Source: Candidatus Poribacteria bacterium
GTDB taxonomy: Bacteria > Poribacteria > WGA-4E > WGA-3G
Direction of reading: 5' to 3'
DNA length: 64,000 bases
Assembly (NCBI GenBank): GCA_965221425.1
Contig: OZ244889.1
Span: forward strand, 2,624,675-2,688,674
Below, piece after piece: positions 1 through 9,581 of this stretch. The position numbers and the translations under genes are program-made. The notes under the pieces are model-generated. The model made no database searches. It was given only the letters and a program-made list of their open reading frames with translations, and was not told the DNA's origin. How positions within the stretch are numbered: the first letter of the stretch is position 1; every line of letters begins with the position of its first letter.

Positions 1-729
1 CTTTTTTCTGGTTGGGGACATAATGAATGGGGACGTAGTCCGCTCTACATTGTTCTAACACTTGTCCAAGGAGTTAGCATTCCGATAGCGGTTACTGCTT
101 TTTTTGCTGCTGTCGTAAATCCGCGTGACCGTGCTACCCGCTTTTTACTCTGTTTCGCTGGTGTGCCTTTGGTACTTCTACTGATTGCATCTCAGTTGCA
201 AAATGTAGCAGGCTATTATCTGTTTTGGACAACACCCGCTTATTTTATCCTCGCGGCAGCTGCATGCACCTATATCTGGGAAGCAATAGCTGCAGATAAA
301 TCCAACTTATTCAAAGTGTTACTCCCATGTCTAATTATTGTTGTGTTGTTATCTCAAGATTATCTATATTTTCGCTATGAAAACGGAGGGAGACCCAAAT
401 GGAGAGAGGCATTTGAAGCAATCCAGGTAGAGCATAGACCTACCGATGTATTAGTACTATCAGAACCTGAAATGGCTCGGTATTATTCGCCCGAAATGGA
501 AACGATCGACATTGATAGATTGGTAAAAGACAGAGCAGCTTTTGAAAGAGAGTGGAAAAATGCAGGTAGGAAGAGGTTATGGTTTATCGTAGATGTGGCA
601 AGTTTTAACGTCTTTGATTCAGATATGACTGTGCGTAATTGGATACGCGAACGAAGTCACCTGGTAAAAACGTTACCGTCATATTCGCGCGCAAAAGATA
701 GGACGATGCTGCTTTACCTGGTGGAGTAA
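1..729 (+). CDS. 5'-truncated polytopic membrane protein, C-terminal part (possible GT39/ArnT-PMT-like glycosyltransferase)
   Basis: Frame 1 is open from base 1 through the listed ORF 163..729, so the gene starts upstream of the window. The N-terminal part is hydrophobic TM segments followed by a soluble C-terminal domain. The family assignment is a guess. Confidence 0.45.
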   Translation, partial: LFSGWGHNEWGRSPLYIVLTLVQGVSIPIAVTAFFAAVVNPRDRATRFLLCFAGVPLVLLLIASQLQNVAGYYLFWTTPAYFILAAAACTYIWEAIAADKSNLFKVLLPCLIIVVLLSQDYLYFRYENGGRPKWREAFEAIQVEHRPTDVLVLSEPEMARYYSPEMETIDIDRLVKDRAAFEREWKNAGRKRLWFIVDVASFNVFDSDMTVRNWIRERSHLVKTLPSYSRAKDRTMLLYLVE

Positions 730-762
730 AGCAGGCGCGGCAAGTAACCGCGCCTTTATTGA
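730..762. terminator. bidirectional rho-independent terminator between convergent genes
   Basis: GC hairpin aggcgcggcaagtaaccgcgcct followed by tttatt, lying between the stops of two convergent CDS. Confidence 0.55.
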
Positions 763-769
763 ATTTATG

Positions 770-1504
770 CTACCAGAAACGGGTAAAATTCATTCTACCA
801 GTAAGTCCAGTTTCCCCTTCAGCTTTTTTCGTTTCATACCCGACATAGATACCGAGTATATTAGCCTTTCCGTAACCGATGTTAATGCGTCCACCAAAAT
901 TTAGTTTCAGAGGTTTATCCAGCTCATCGGCAAAAACGAAAACTGATTCAACTTGGGGACCGATGGCGATGGTATCATTCAGTGAATAGGTGAGAAAACT
1001 GCGGTTGTAAAGTTCATTGGTAGCGGTATCATCAAATACGGTAGAAACTGTCCCGATTGTCCAGTGGAAAAAGTAGATGTTAGGTGCGCTCAGAAAAGCA
1101 AAGAATTGCGGAAAAAGTGCATCGGGGCCATCCGCTCCAGTGTAGTCGAACCCAATACCGAGCATAGGCACCAGATCAAGCGATACACTTTCTGTTTTCA
1201 CTGCGGGCAATGAGACACCCAGGTCAAATTCACCGAGATGGTCATTTACATAGATATTAGAAGCGATTGAGACACCTTCACCTCCGATCGGATGGTTGGC
1301 ACCAACCAAAAAATAGGTGCCTAAACTATCAACGTCAACTTGAAACCATCCTGACACACCCGGTTTTTCTTCTGCCATTTCGGCTTCAGGTGCCATTTCC
1401 CCTTCAGACGCATGTGCGTCTGCAAAGACAGCGGAAGGCACTGCAACAGAAATTATACAAATTATTAGAAAGATAAGGGGTAACTGAAATGCTTTGAATT
1501 TCAT
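770..1504 (-). CDS. secreted outer-membrane beta-barrel-like protein
   Basis: 244 aa with an N-terminal signal peptide (…AVPSAVFADA), alternating amphipathic strands and a C-terminal aromatic residue (…FTRFW) typical of OMP barrels. It is convergent with the upstream gene. Confidence 0.5.
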   Translation of the reverse strand: MKFKAFQLPLIFLIICIISVAVPSAVFADAHASEGEMAPEAEMAEEKPGVSGWFQVDVDSLGTYFLVGANHPIGGEGVSIASNIYVNDHLGEFDLGVSLPAVKTESVSLDLVPMLGIGFDYTGADGPDALFPQFFAFLSAPNIYFFHWTIGTVSTVFDDTATNELYNRSFLTYSLNDTIAIGPQVESVFVFADELDKPLKLNFGGRINIGYGKANILGIYVGYETKKAEGETGLTGRMNFTRFW

Positions 1505-1554
1505 AAAAGTCTCCTTAGGTTAACATAAGTTGCTACTTATGTAGCACAATCTGT

Positions 1555-1728
1555 ATGAAGATTAATTTATTAATTCGGTAATTTTGGTTCGCACGAAACA
1601 CGCGTACCCCGCTGCTGGCGAGGCGGGGAATGCCTAAAGACGAATGCGCGTATGGCATTCGCCATGATTCATCCCGTTGATTTCTTCCTAACCTCGCTAC
1701 ATTACCGATTTATTTTCTTAATCTTCAT
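1555..1728. mobile_element. MITE-like palindromic repeat, family A copy
   Basis: Termini atgaagattaat… and …ttcttaatcttcat are inverted repeats. The core gctggcgaggcggggaatgcc…ggcattc…cgttgatttcttcctaacctcgc is shared with 12 or more other loci in the window. Confidence 0.7.
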
Positions 1729-2275
1729 TTAGATTATGCATATTAGTCCGCAAACTAACAGTTTACGCTACAAAATCTTGCAAAATATGCATTATTCTCT
1801 ATTAAAGACGGTGTTTTCATGTCTAAAAACTTATAGGTAGCAACTTGGGTTAAGTTAAGCAAATAAATTTAAAGTATATCCTTTGTTTCTTGCTTCTACA
1901 AGAAATTATGGAGCAAGAAACCGTTCATTGAAAGAAAAAGTTGTTCAAAGTTTATTTTGACTCTTAATCAATCTAAGAGTTCTTCACATCGTTATTCCAT
2001 TATTAGTATACCTTAACTACCGAATTGATTTCAACAATTTTGAAACAACGGCAGGCCATTTAGTTTTCTTAATTTTTTATTGGGTCGCGACCGGCAATCA
2101 ACAGCAGGGTTTTATTGACAATTCAACGATTTAACTTGCCAAAGCCTCTGAAACATGATATTATTAAATGTGATGACTACAATTTGATCATCTATATCAA
2201 AGGTTCTCTGCCTTCACACAATGCCATTTTTATAGAACTCACGTAAAAAATCAATTCAAATAGGAGAATTTGTAA

Positions 2276-4069
2276 GTGAAATATATTCTGTCTTTAGTCG
2301 GTGTTATTTTTTTGATGTTTTTTCAATTGAGTTGTGGATCCGATGAAGAAGTGAAAACCATGCCGGAAACAGAAGTTCCGGAAGCTGAAGTTATGGGCAC
2401 CGACCAGGGTAATTATGGGTTACCGATACTACCAGAAGTGAATCTGACGAGTATGTATGAAGCGGGAGTGCGTGAGTTAGAGGTGAACAGCGAACTTCAC
2501 CTGATAACTGTTCTTGATGGAACAGACAAAGTGTCAATCAAGGTGAAGTATTTAGGTATGCGTGACTTCAATTTCGGATTTCCGCTCTATGAGTTTGAGT
2601 TGACGGATCCGATAGTTGAAAAAATGGGCGGTATTGCCCAAGGCATGTCGGGCAGTCCTGTGGGTCCGGAAGGGCGTGTGATAGGAGCGTTAGCGTATGG
2701 GGATAGTTTCGGCACAGCACCATATCGTTTCTGGGCAACCGCTATTGATGCGATGGAGGAGGCGCGAGATCACAGTCCATTGGGCGAGTTCATGGATGCG
2801 CCGGGGGCACCGAGTGTTCACACGCGATGGGCGCCAATTAAAACCCCATTGGTCGTTAGCGGAATAAATCAGCGTCGGGTTGAAGATGTTAGCAAACGTC
2901 TTAGGTCATCGCGATTTGATGCGATCAATTTTGTTGCTGATGTCGGGGGTGCTCCCGCTAACGCACCAACTGTATCGGGTGATTTAGAAGCTGGTGACAT
3001 GATAGGTGTTGCTATCGCGACAGGCGATGTTGTCGATCTTACTGCTTACGGCACGGTGACACAAGTCTATAATGACGGTACGTTTGTAGCATTCGGACAT
3101 TCGTTTCGATATGATGGCGCAGTTTCATTGCCTGTATATCAAGCGATGACCGCTGGTATCGTTGCTAACTTACAAATCCCCTATAAATCTGTGGTTAAGT
3201 ACGGAGAACCAATCGGTACACTCACGAAGGATTTGAGTGCTGCTGTTGTCGGTGAACTTGGTGATCCACCGGACATGATACTTGTCACGGTGTCTTATCA
3301 TCCGATCAACAGTGATAAACCGATAAAGACAAAATCTGAGGTGGCTTATGGGCAAGAATGGGCAATTGCACCTGTTGTGGCGTGGACAGTAGACGCACTC
3401 AGACGTGAATGGACGGGTGGCACATCAGATGGGACATTGGTGCTATCGTTTGAGGAAACCAAAAAAACTTATACGCACCGGTGGCGGAATGTTTCGCCGG
3501 ACCCATTTTTTGATACCTATGAGAATCTCGATTATGCTGTGAGCGAATTCACAGACCCATTGAAAAATGCTGCGGGAAAGGCTACTTTGAAATTGATTTC
3601 TGTTGAGATAACGGACAAACCGCAGCTTGCATCGGCAGAAATAATAGATGTAAAGGTGCCGGATAACGTTCGCACTGGAACGCAGGTAACGATCACGGTT
3701 GTGCTATTACCGCATTGGAGTGTTGCCGAAGATGGTGAGCGGACGATTGAAAAAGACATATCGCTTAATATCCCATCCGATTTTGAAACGGGAAGAGTAG
3801 AGCTTAAAGTAGAAGCCCAAGCCGTCGACCTGTTTGACCTTATTTTTGATTTTGATTTTGATCTCGATTTTGATAGCGACACCGAAGATGAGGGCCCTCC
3901 GCAAACGCTTGACGAACTTATTGAGGAACGACAAGACAGAATATCAGAACCGGGAACGATCAAGGTAACGCTGGAAGCTAACGGTTCTTTAAAAGACATT
4001 GAGGAGGAACTCATACTTGACGATTACGTTGTTACCGGTGAAATCACGGATTTTATTTCCATAGAGTGA
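2276..4069 (+). CDS. lipoprotein serine peptidase, SpoIVB/S55-like (GMSGSP catalytic motif), with acidic (DF)n repeat tail
   Basis: GTG start with aggag RBS 8 nt upstream and a lipobox (FQLSC) signal. The motif GIAQGMSGSPV matches the SpoIVB-type active-site serine region. The C-terminal region DLFDLIFDFDFDLDFDSD is encoded by a gatttt hexanucleotide repeat. Confidence 0.5.
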   Translation: MKYILSLVGVIFLMFFQLSCGSDEEVKTMPETEVPEAEVMGTDQGNYGLPILPEVNLTSMYEAGVRELEVNSELHLITVLDGTDKVSIKVKYLGMRDFNFGFPLYEFELTDPIVEKMGGIAQGMSGSPVGPEGRVIGALAYGDSFGTAPYRFWATAIDAMEEARDHSPLGEFMDAPGAPSVHTRWAPIKTPLVVSGINQRRVEDVSKRLRSSRFDAINFVADVGGAPANAPTVSGDLEAGDMIGVAIATGDVVDLTAYGTVTQVYNDGTFVAFGHSFRYDGAVSLPVYQAMTAGIVANLQIPYKSVVKYGEPIGTLTKDLSAAVVGELGDPPDMILVTVSYHPINSDKPIKTKSEVAYGQEWAIAPVVAWTVDALRREWTGGTSDGTLVLSFEETKKTYTHRWRNVSPDPFFDTYENLDYAVSEFTDPLKNAAGKATLKLISVEITDKPQLASAEIIDVKVPDNVRTGTQVTITVVLLPHWSVAEDGERTIEKDISLNIPSDFETGRVELKVEAQAVDLFDLIFDFDFDLDFDSDTEDEGPPQTLDELIEERQDRISEPGTIKVTLEANGSLKDIEEELILDDYVVTGEITDFISIE

Positions 4070-4188
4070 TAGCAGAACACAAGCGGACACAATGGACATA
4101 CCCAAAATCTACGACTGTATGCTAAATTTACGTAAGTCCAAAAATAAAACTGAGAACAAAATTATCCTAACAGAGAAAACAAATAAAA

Positions 4189-5271
4189 GTGGTTTTAACA
4201 TTAGCTAATCCGTATCTCACACATTATCAGCCGCCACCTGCACACAGTTATCTGTACCGACAGTGGTGTGCCAGGGGTTATCAACCAGGTCTCCATCCTA
4301 TTTCACCTGATAGTGAATTAGGCACATGTATTGGGCAAATGGGATGGGTAGGGGCCCATGCCCATGCCCACGACTACTTATGGGCTTCAGCAGGTAATAT
4401 GGGGGTAATACTATCAGAACCGGTAGATACGAAATGCCTTATCCCTTATGATGAGGCACCACGGTACGCATTACCTGCCGCGATTGTCGTGAAAGGGTTA
4501 GCTGGTAGACATGTGCTTTTGACCAAATCAGGTTCACGGTTGGACATGATAGGTATAGAACATCCAGCACTAAATGTCACGGTCATTGAGGTAGAACAGG
4601 ATGGAACGCATTATCGAATGCGTTTTGGCACACAGACACAGGCTGAGATAGGTAATTCTGCAGAGGCAGAAAATGTCACATCTTCTTGTGTACCAACAAG
4701 CGAGATGTTCCATTATCTCCTAATTTTTGAGCAACTTGAAAAACACGGATTTCAGGCATTAGTCCACTTACAGCCGAAGTTCCTAAACCTAATCTCACGG
4801 ACAGAACACGGTCGTCCTGATCGTTTTTATAGTTTTCTTAAGGGGTACGAACCGGAAACACCTATCATTTATGATGCATCTGGCGGAATAGGATTCGTTC
4901 AGGAACGGGTACCGGGAATACCGGAGTTATCTTATGAGAGTTTACGACTTTTTGAAAACGGTTCTGATCCAATGCGCCATATCCTTTACTGGATTGGACA
5001 CGGCACTTTCTCACGCGGGACAGACGTTTTAGAGGCATATAAACACGCAGAGTACTTTGAAGCAGTAGCACAAATGGCGTGGGAGGCAAATCAGAGGCAA
5101 GTTTCAGCGGAAGCATATAGCGAAGAAATTGTCAACTGTATCCTCCGCGAATTTAATGCAAGCCGCGCTTTGTCAGAAAATGAACCTGTAGAGCAAAGTG
5201 AGACTGCCACAGTGCCATTAGACCTTCAACGAGAGGACCAAACGCCAGAGAACCTGTACAACTATCCATGA
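4189..5271 (+). CDS. hypothetical protein
   Basis: 360-aa ORF with a GTG start and no clear RBS. It is co-directional with its neighbours and no recognisable domain was seen. The start is uncertain. Confidence 0.35.
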   Translation: MVLTLANPYLTHYQPPPAHSYLYRQWCARGYQPGLHPISPDSELGTCIGQMGWVGAHAHAHDYLWASAGNMGVILSEPVDTKCLIPYDEAPRYALPAAIVVKGLAGRHVLLTKSGSRLDMIGIEHPALNVTVIEVEQDGTHYRMRFGTQTQAEIGNSAEAENVTSSCVPTSEMFHYLLIFEQLEKHGFQALVHLQPKFLNLISRTEHGRPDRFYSFLKGYEPETPIIYDASGGIGFVQERVPGIPELSYESLRLFENGSDPMRHILYWIGHGTFSRGTDVLEAYKHAEYFEAVAQMAWEANQRQVSAEAYSEEIVNCILREFNASRALSENEPVEQSETATVPLDLQREDQTPENLYNYP

Positions 5272-5356
5272 TACGCTTAGTCCGTGGAGTTTACTTCAAG
5301 CTATATCAGATAAGATATATGATGTAAAATACTAAGATTTGCGAAGGAGATATTTA

Positions 5357-5827
5357 ATGAAAGAAACACAGCAACCACCTGTGGTTGAAGATACAGAAGA
5401 ATCACAACAGACAAAACCGCAAAACTTAGAAGCCTATCTCAGAGAGAGTATATTTGGAGATGAATTCCGTGATTATAATGAAAAACTTGAAAAATTGACC
5501 CAAGAACTTGAAATTGTCCAACAGAGTATTGTTGAAGTCGAAACGCGGTTGTTGAAGGAAATTGCGGCGGTTAAAGCACAATACGGAGATATACCGGATA
5601 ATATTGTACAACGCGTTGATAATCGTATTGACGAACTTATTAGCCGTAGTGAAAACGACCTTGAGAAGTTATCAATGCTTATCAATGAGTTTGCAACCGA
5701 CTTTCAGGTGCAAATTGATGGCCTTCGAACGGAAACTCAAATGCTCCAAAATACAGGACAGTCAGACCGACAAACGCTTGCCGATGCGTTGATAGCAATC
5801 GGCACGCAACTGAAAAAAGAATCATGA
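5357..5827 (+). CDS. coiled-coil protein, hypothetical
   Basis: ATG at 5357 preceded by aaggag. The protein is rich in heptad-like E/L/Q repeats (…KLEKLTQELEIVQQSIVEVETRLLKE…). Confidence 0.45.
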   Translation: MKETQQPPVVEDTEESQQTKPQNLEAYLRESIFGDEFRDYNEKLEKLTQELEIVQQSIVEVETRLLKEIAAVKAQYGDIPDNIVQRVDNRIDELISRSENDLEKLSMLINEFATDFQVQIDGLRTETQMLQNTGQSDRQTLADALIAIGTQLKKES

Positions 5828-6933
5828 AAACTACAACATATTTTCTCATTTTTCTGTTTCTGCTTATACCGTGTAGCATTACATTAGCATCCCCCTCGTC
5901 AAAATTGGATACCGAAGAGATCTCCATTGTTGCCGTAGGCGATATAACAATAGGGAGCAACTTGACACCATTCATTGAACGGCAGGGAGCAGGTGCATTT
6001 TTTGAGGGGACAGCATCTATTATTCAATCAGCGGATGTTGCCACAGTATCGTTAAACACCAGTATTTCGGACAGAGGAGAGCCAGATCCAAGGCGCGACC
6101 CACGTTTTCGCGCTGCTCCCGGACTCGCACGCGCACTCGCAAATGCAGGATTTGATGCAGTTTCATTAGCAACACCACATATCATGGATTTTGGAATTGA
6201 AGCACTTCAAGATACGGTAACCAATTTGGAATGGTATAACGTTAAGTATATGGGGGCGGGAAAGTCACCCGCTGCGGCAAATGCACCTGCATGGTTAGAA
6301 GTTAAGGCTAAAAAAATTGCCCTATTCGCTTATTTGCGCGGGAATGAATTCAATATGGCATCGTTAGACCCTGTCGCCTCTGCTGCCTACAGCCAAATGG
6401 TCCGTGCTGTTCAAGAGGTAGATAATGCTGCAGAACTTGTCATCGTTTGGTTACATTGGGGGAAAAGGGACGCAGAACCCACGGCACAACAAGCAAGTAT
6501 CGGACGGCAACGTATCTTTGCGCAAGCACTTATCAATGCTGGTGCCGATCTGGTTTTATGTCAACAACTCCATACACTCGGCGGTATTGAACTCTACAAA
6601 GGGAAACCGATTGTATATAGTCTTGCAGACTTCATCTATGATACCTATTCATTACAGTATGCGCGCACAGTAATTCCGAAAGTGACTTTTGTAGAAGGAA
6701 CACTCAAATCTATTGAATTGATTCCGATTTTGGTAGATAAACTGGACAAGTCAATTCCTCAGCCAATTCTTCTCAAAGCTAAAGGTTCTACCGCGGAGGC
6801 TGCTGATAAAAATTTGGAAGAATCTGCCATAGAGACTTTGCAAGAGTATCAGAAACGGTGCGCTGCACTCAAAACAGAGGTAATCATTGAAGGAGAACGC
6901 GGATGGATTAACAACGGCCACAAATCCCAGTAA
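5824..6933 (+). CDS. CapA/PgsA-family metallophosphatase-like protein (poly-gamma-glutamate/capsule synthesis family)
   Basis: Signal peptide followed by VAVGDITIG… and …WLHWGKRD…, typical of the CapA family. The start overlaps the stop of the previous gene (ATGA). Confidence 0.55.
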   Translation: MKTTTYFLIFLFLLIPCSITLASPSSKLDTEEISIVAVGDITIGSNLTPFIERQGAGAFFEGTASIIQSADVATVSLNTSISDRGEPDPRRDPRFRAAPGLARALANAGFDAVSLATPHIMDFGIEALQDTVTNLEWYNVKYMGAGKSPAAANAPAWLEVKAKKIALFAYLRGNEFNMASLDPVASAAYSQMVRAVQEVDNAAELVIVWLHWGKRDAEPTAQQASIGRQRIFAQALINAGADLVLCQQLHTLGGIELYKGKPIVYSLADFIYDTYSLQYARTVIPKVTFVEGTLKSIELIPILVDKLDKSIPQPILLKAKGSTAEAADKNLEESAIETLQEYQKRCAALKTEVIIEGERGWINNGHKSQ

Positions 6934-7004
6934 AGCGTTTGAATAATGAACCATCCGTAGCAGTTAGCGATGATCTGAGAAATATGAAAAGGAGAAAAAT
7001 ATCA

Positions 7005-9428
7005 ATGGAAAACGAACACGAATCTACTACAGAACATGAAGATTCTGAAGAAATCTTAGAAACAGCGGAACTACCCATATTACCGGTGAATGATCTTGTC
7101 ATCTTTCCTTATATGCCACCGGTGCCACCTTTTCCACCGCATCATGTTGCCCTTTCAGGAAAGATGGTAATGGATGCTGTTGATGATGCAATGCTAAACG
7201 GTGAGCGGGTGCTCTGTATTTTCCAAACTAATTCGGGGCGCAGCCTGGACATAGACCCGCGCGCAGTTAAAGATATGACTCTGGAAGAATTAAGTCCTAT
7301 CGGCAGCTTAATTCATATTCTCCGCGCGAAAAAGGATGATGAAGATGTACTATTTCTCGCCAACGGTCGCGCACGGGTTCAAATTGAGGAAATACTACAC
7401 AATGAACCGTTTTTGAAAGCACGTGTTCGCCTTTTGGAAGATGAAGAGGATTTTGAAGAGGACATCGAAGATGATTTAGAAATTGAGGCACTTGTCCGAA
7501 GCACTGATGAAATGTTTCAGCGCATTGTCCAACTTTCCTCACGTTACCAAGAAGAACATGGCATCATGGCGAAAAACATTGATGAACCTGGACGGTTAGC
7601 CGATTATATTGCCGCTGTCTTAGACCTCAAACCGCAAGAAAAACAACAGGTACTGGAGGCAGTCTCTATTCCTGAGCGTCTTAATAAACTTGCTGTTATC
7701 CTTGCTAAAGAGGTTGATCTGCATGAGTTGGAAAGCAAAATTCAATCCAACGCACAAGCCGTTATCAATAAAGGACAACGGGAATACTTTCTCCGTGAGC
7801 AACTCAAAGCAATTCAATCGGAACTCGGTGAATCAGATGATTTAGCTTCTGATATTGACGAAATGCATCAACAATTGAAAGATGCCAATTTACCACCAAA
7901 AGCACACAAAGCGGCTACCAAAGAACTTAATCGTCTTTCCAAAATGCAGTCCTATTCTCCAGAAGCCACTGTCTCACGGAATTATTTAGATTGGATCCTC
8001 AATTTACCGTGGTCAGTTCACACGGAAGACTCTATTAATCTTACAAAGGCGATGAAAATACTCAATGAGGATCACTACAATTTAACGAAAGTCAAAGAGC
8101 GTATTGTTGAACATCTTGCAGTCAAAATTCTCAAATCTGACATGAAGGGCCCTATCTTTTGTTTCGTAGGTCCACCAGGGGTGGGAAAGACATCTCTCGG
8201 TAAATCTATTGCACGCGCTATTGGTAGAAAATTTGCCCGTATCTCCCTGGGGGGTATGCACGACGAAGTCGAAATCCGTGGACATCGCCGGACCTATATC
8301 GGTTCAATGCCCGGCCGTATTATTAAAGGGATACGGCATGCAGAATCTAATAATCCTGTTTTTATGCTTGACGAAATAGACAAACTCGGTTCCGATTTTC
8401 GGGGTGATCCAGCAGCTGCTCTGCTTGAAGTGCTTGACCCTGAACAAAACCACGCATTTACTGATAACTATTTAGATGTCCCATTTGATCTGTCACAGAT
8501 AATGTTCATCACAACGGCAAACCAGATTTACACAATTCCGCCGCCACTTCGTGATCGGATGGAAACGATTGAGTTGCCCGGCTATACTTCAAACGAGAAG
8601 AAGCAGATTGCAAAACAGTATCTGATTCCGCGCCAACTAAAGGAAAACGGCATTACGAAGAAACAATTGAGTATCTCCGATGCAGCAATTGGAAAAGTGG
8701 TCAAAGAATATACACGCGAGGCAGGTGTTCGGAATTTGGAGCGCGAACTTGGCACGTTGTGCCGTAAATCTGCGCGCCGCGTAGCTGAAGGGCAAACTGA
8801 TCGCACCAAGATTGGCGTCAAGGAAATACCGAATTATCTCGGTCCTCAGAAGTTCGATTCCGAAATTGCAGGCAGAACGGCTGATGTCGGTGTTGCTACC
8901 GGTCTCTCTGTTACACCTGCGGGGGGTGAAATTCTCTTTGTTGAAGCGACTGCCTCCCAAAAACAGAGCGGAAAAGGAGAACTTCTTGTCACTGGACAGA
9001 TAGGTGATGTGATGCAGGAATCAGCACAAACCGCACTCACTTATGTCAAATCCCAAGCATCTGCCCTAAAATTTGACACACTTGCGCTCCAGGAAGATCT
9101 TCATATTCATGTGCCTGCGGGAAGTATTCCAAAAGATGGACCCTCAGCAGGTATCACAATTGCTATTGCCCTTGCTTCCATCGCTATGAAGCGGGGTATT
9201 AACCCAGAAGTAGCCATGACAGGTGAATTGACGCTAAGAGGTAAAGTACTACCTATTGGAGGCGTAAAAGAAAAAATCCTCGCCGCCAAACAGGCAGGTA
9301 TTAAGAAAATTATTGTGCCACAAGGTAATCAAAAAGATTTTGTTGAAATTCCAGAGGATATCCAAGAAGGGCTTGCATTCCTCTTTGTAGAAAATATGGA
9401 CGAAGTTTTTTCTGAGGTATTTGTATGA
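7005..9428 (+). CDS. lon: ATP-dependent protease La (LonA)
   Basis: Lon N-terminal domain (LPILPVNDLVIFPYM), Walker A GPPGVGKTS and the S16 catalytic serine motif PKDGPSAG are all present. The ATG at 7005 has an aaggag RBS; the listed ORF start 6939 is a TTG further upstream. Confidence 0.95.
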   Translation: MENEHESTTEHEDSEEILETAELPILPVNDLVIFPYMPPVPPFPPHHVALSGKMVMDAVDDAMLNGERVLCIFQTNSGRSLDIDPRAVKDMTLEELSPIGSLIHILRAKKDDEDVLFLANGRARVQIEEILHNEPFLKARVRLLEDEEDFEEDIEDDLEIEALVRSTDEMFQRIVQLSSRYQEEHGIMAKNIDEPGRLADYIAAVLDLKPQEKQQVLEAVSIPERLNKLAVILAKEVDLHELESKIQSNAQAVINKGQREYFLREQLKAIQSELGESDDLASDIDEMHQQLKDANLPPKAHKAATKELNRLSKMQSYSPEATVSRNYLDWILNLPWSVHTEDSINLTKAMKILNEDHYNLTKVKERIVEHLAVKILKSDMKGPIFCFVGPPGVGKTSLGKSIARAIGRKFARISLGGMHDEVEIRGHRRTYIGSMPGRIIKGIRHAESNNPVFMLDEIDKLGSDFRGDPAAALLEVLDPEQNHAFTDNYLDVPFDLSQIMFITTANQIYTIPPPLRDRMETIELPGYTSNEKKQIAKQYLIPRQLKENGITKKQLSISDAAIGKVVKEYTREAGVRNLERELGTLCRKSARRVAEGQTDRTKIGVKEIPNYLGPQKFDSEIAGRTADVGVATGLSVTPAGGEILFVEATASQKQSGKGELLVTGQIGDVMQESAQTALTYVKSQASALKFDTLALQEDLHIHVPAGSIPKDGPSAGITIAIALASIAMKRGINPEVAMTGELTLRGKVLPIGGVKEKILAAKQAGIKKIIVPQGNQKDFVEIPEDIQEGLAFLFVENMDEVFSEVFV

Positions 9429-9581
9429 CTTTTAGAAATATTTTTAAGCAGAATAGGTTGACAAATTACCTTATGATAGTGTAAAATTATAATGTTGAGC
9501 GCCCGAAACACCACCTAACCTTGTTAAGATGGCGATCACAACATCACCATGAATTCCTTGTTTAAGGTAAGGAGATATGAC

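Noticed and set aside
3532-4014. 160-aa Ser-rich ORF antisense to the peptidase gene
   Set aside because: It is a shadow ORF opposite a GA-rich coding strand and its composition is artefactual.
9456-9492. ttgaca…taaaat promoter candidate upstream of the DUF1549 gene
   Set aside because: The spacing is 19 nt and the -10 box is weak. It is plausible but not distinctive enough to list as a feature.
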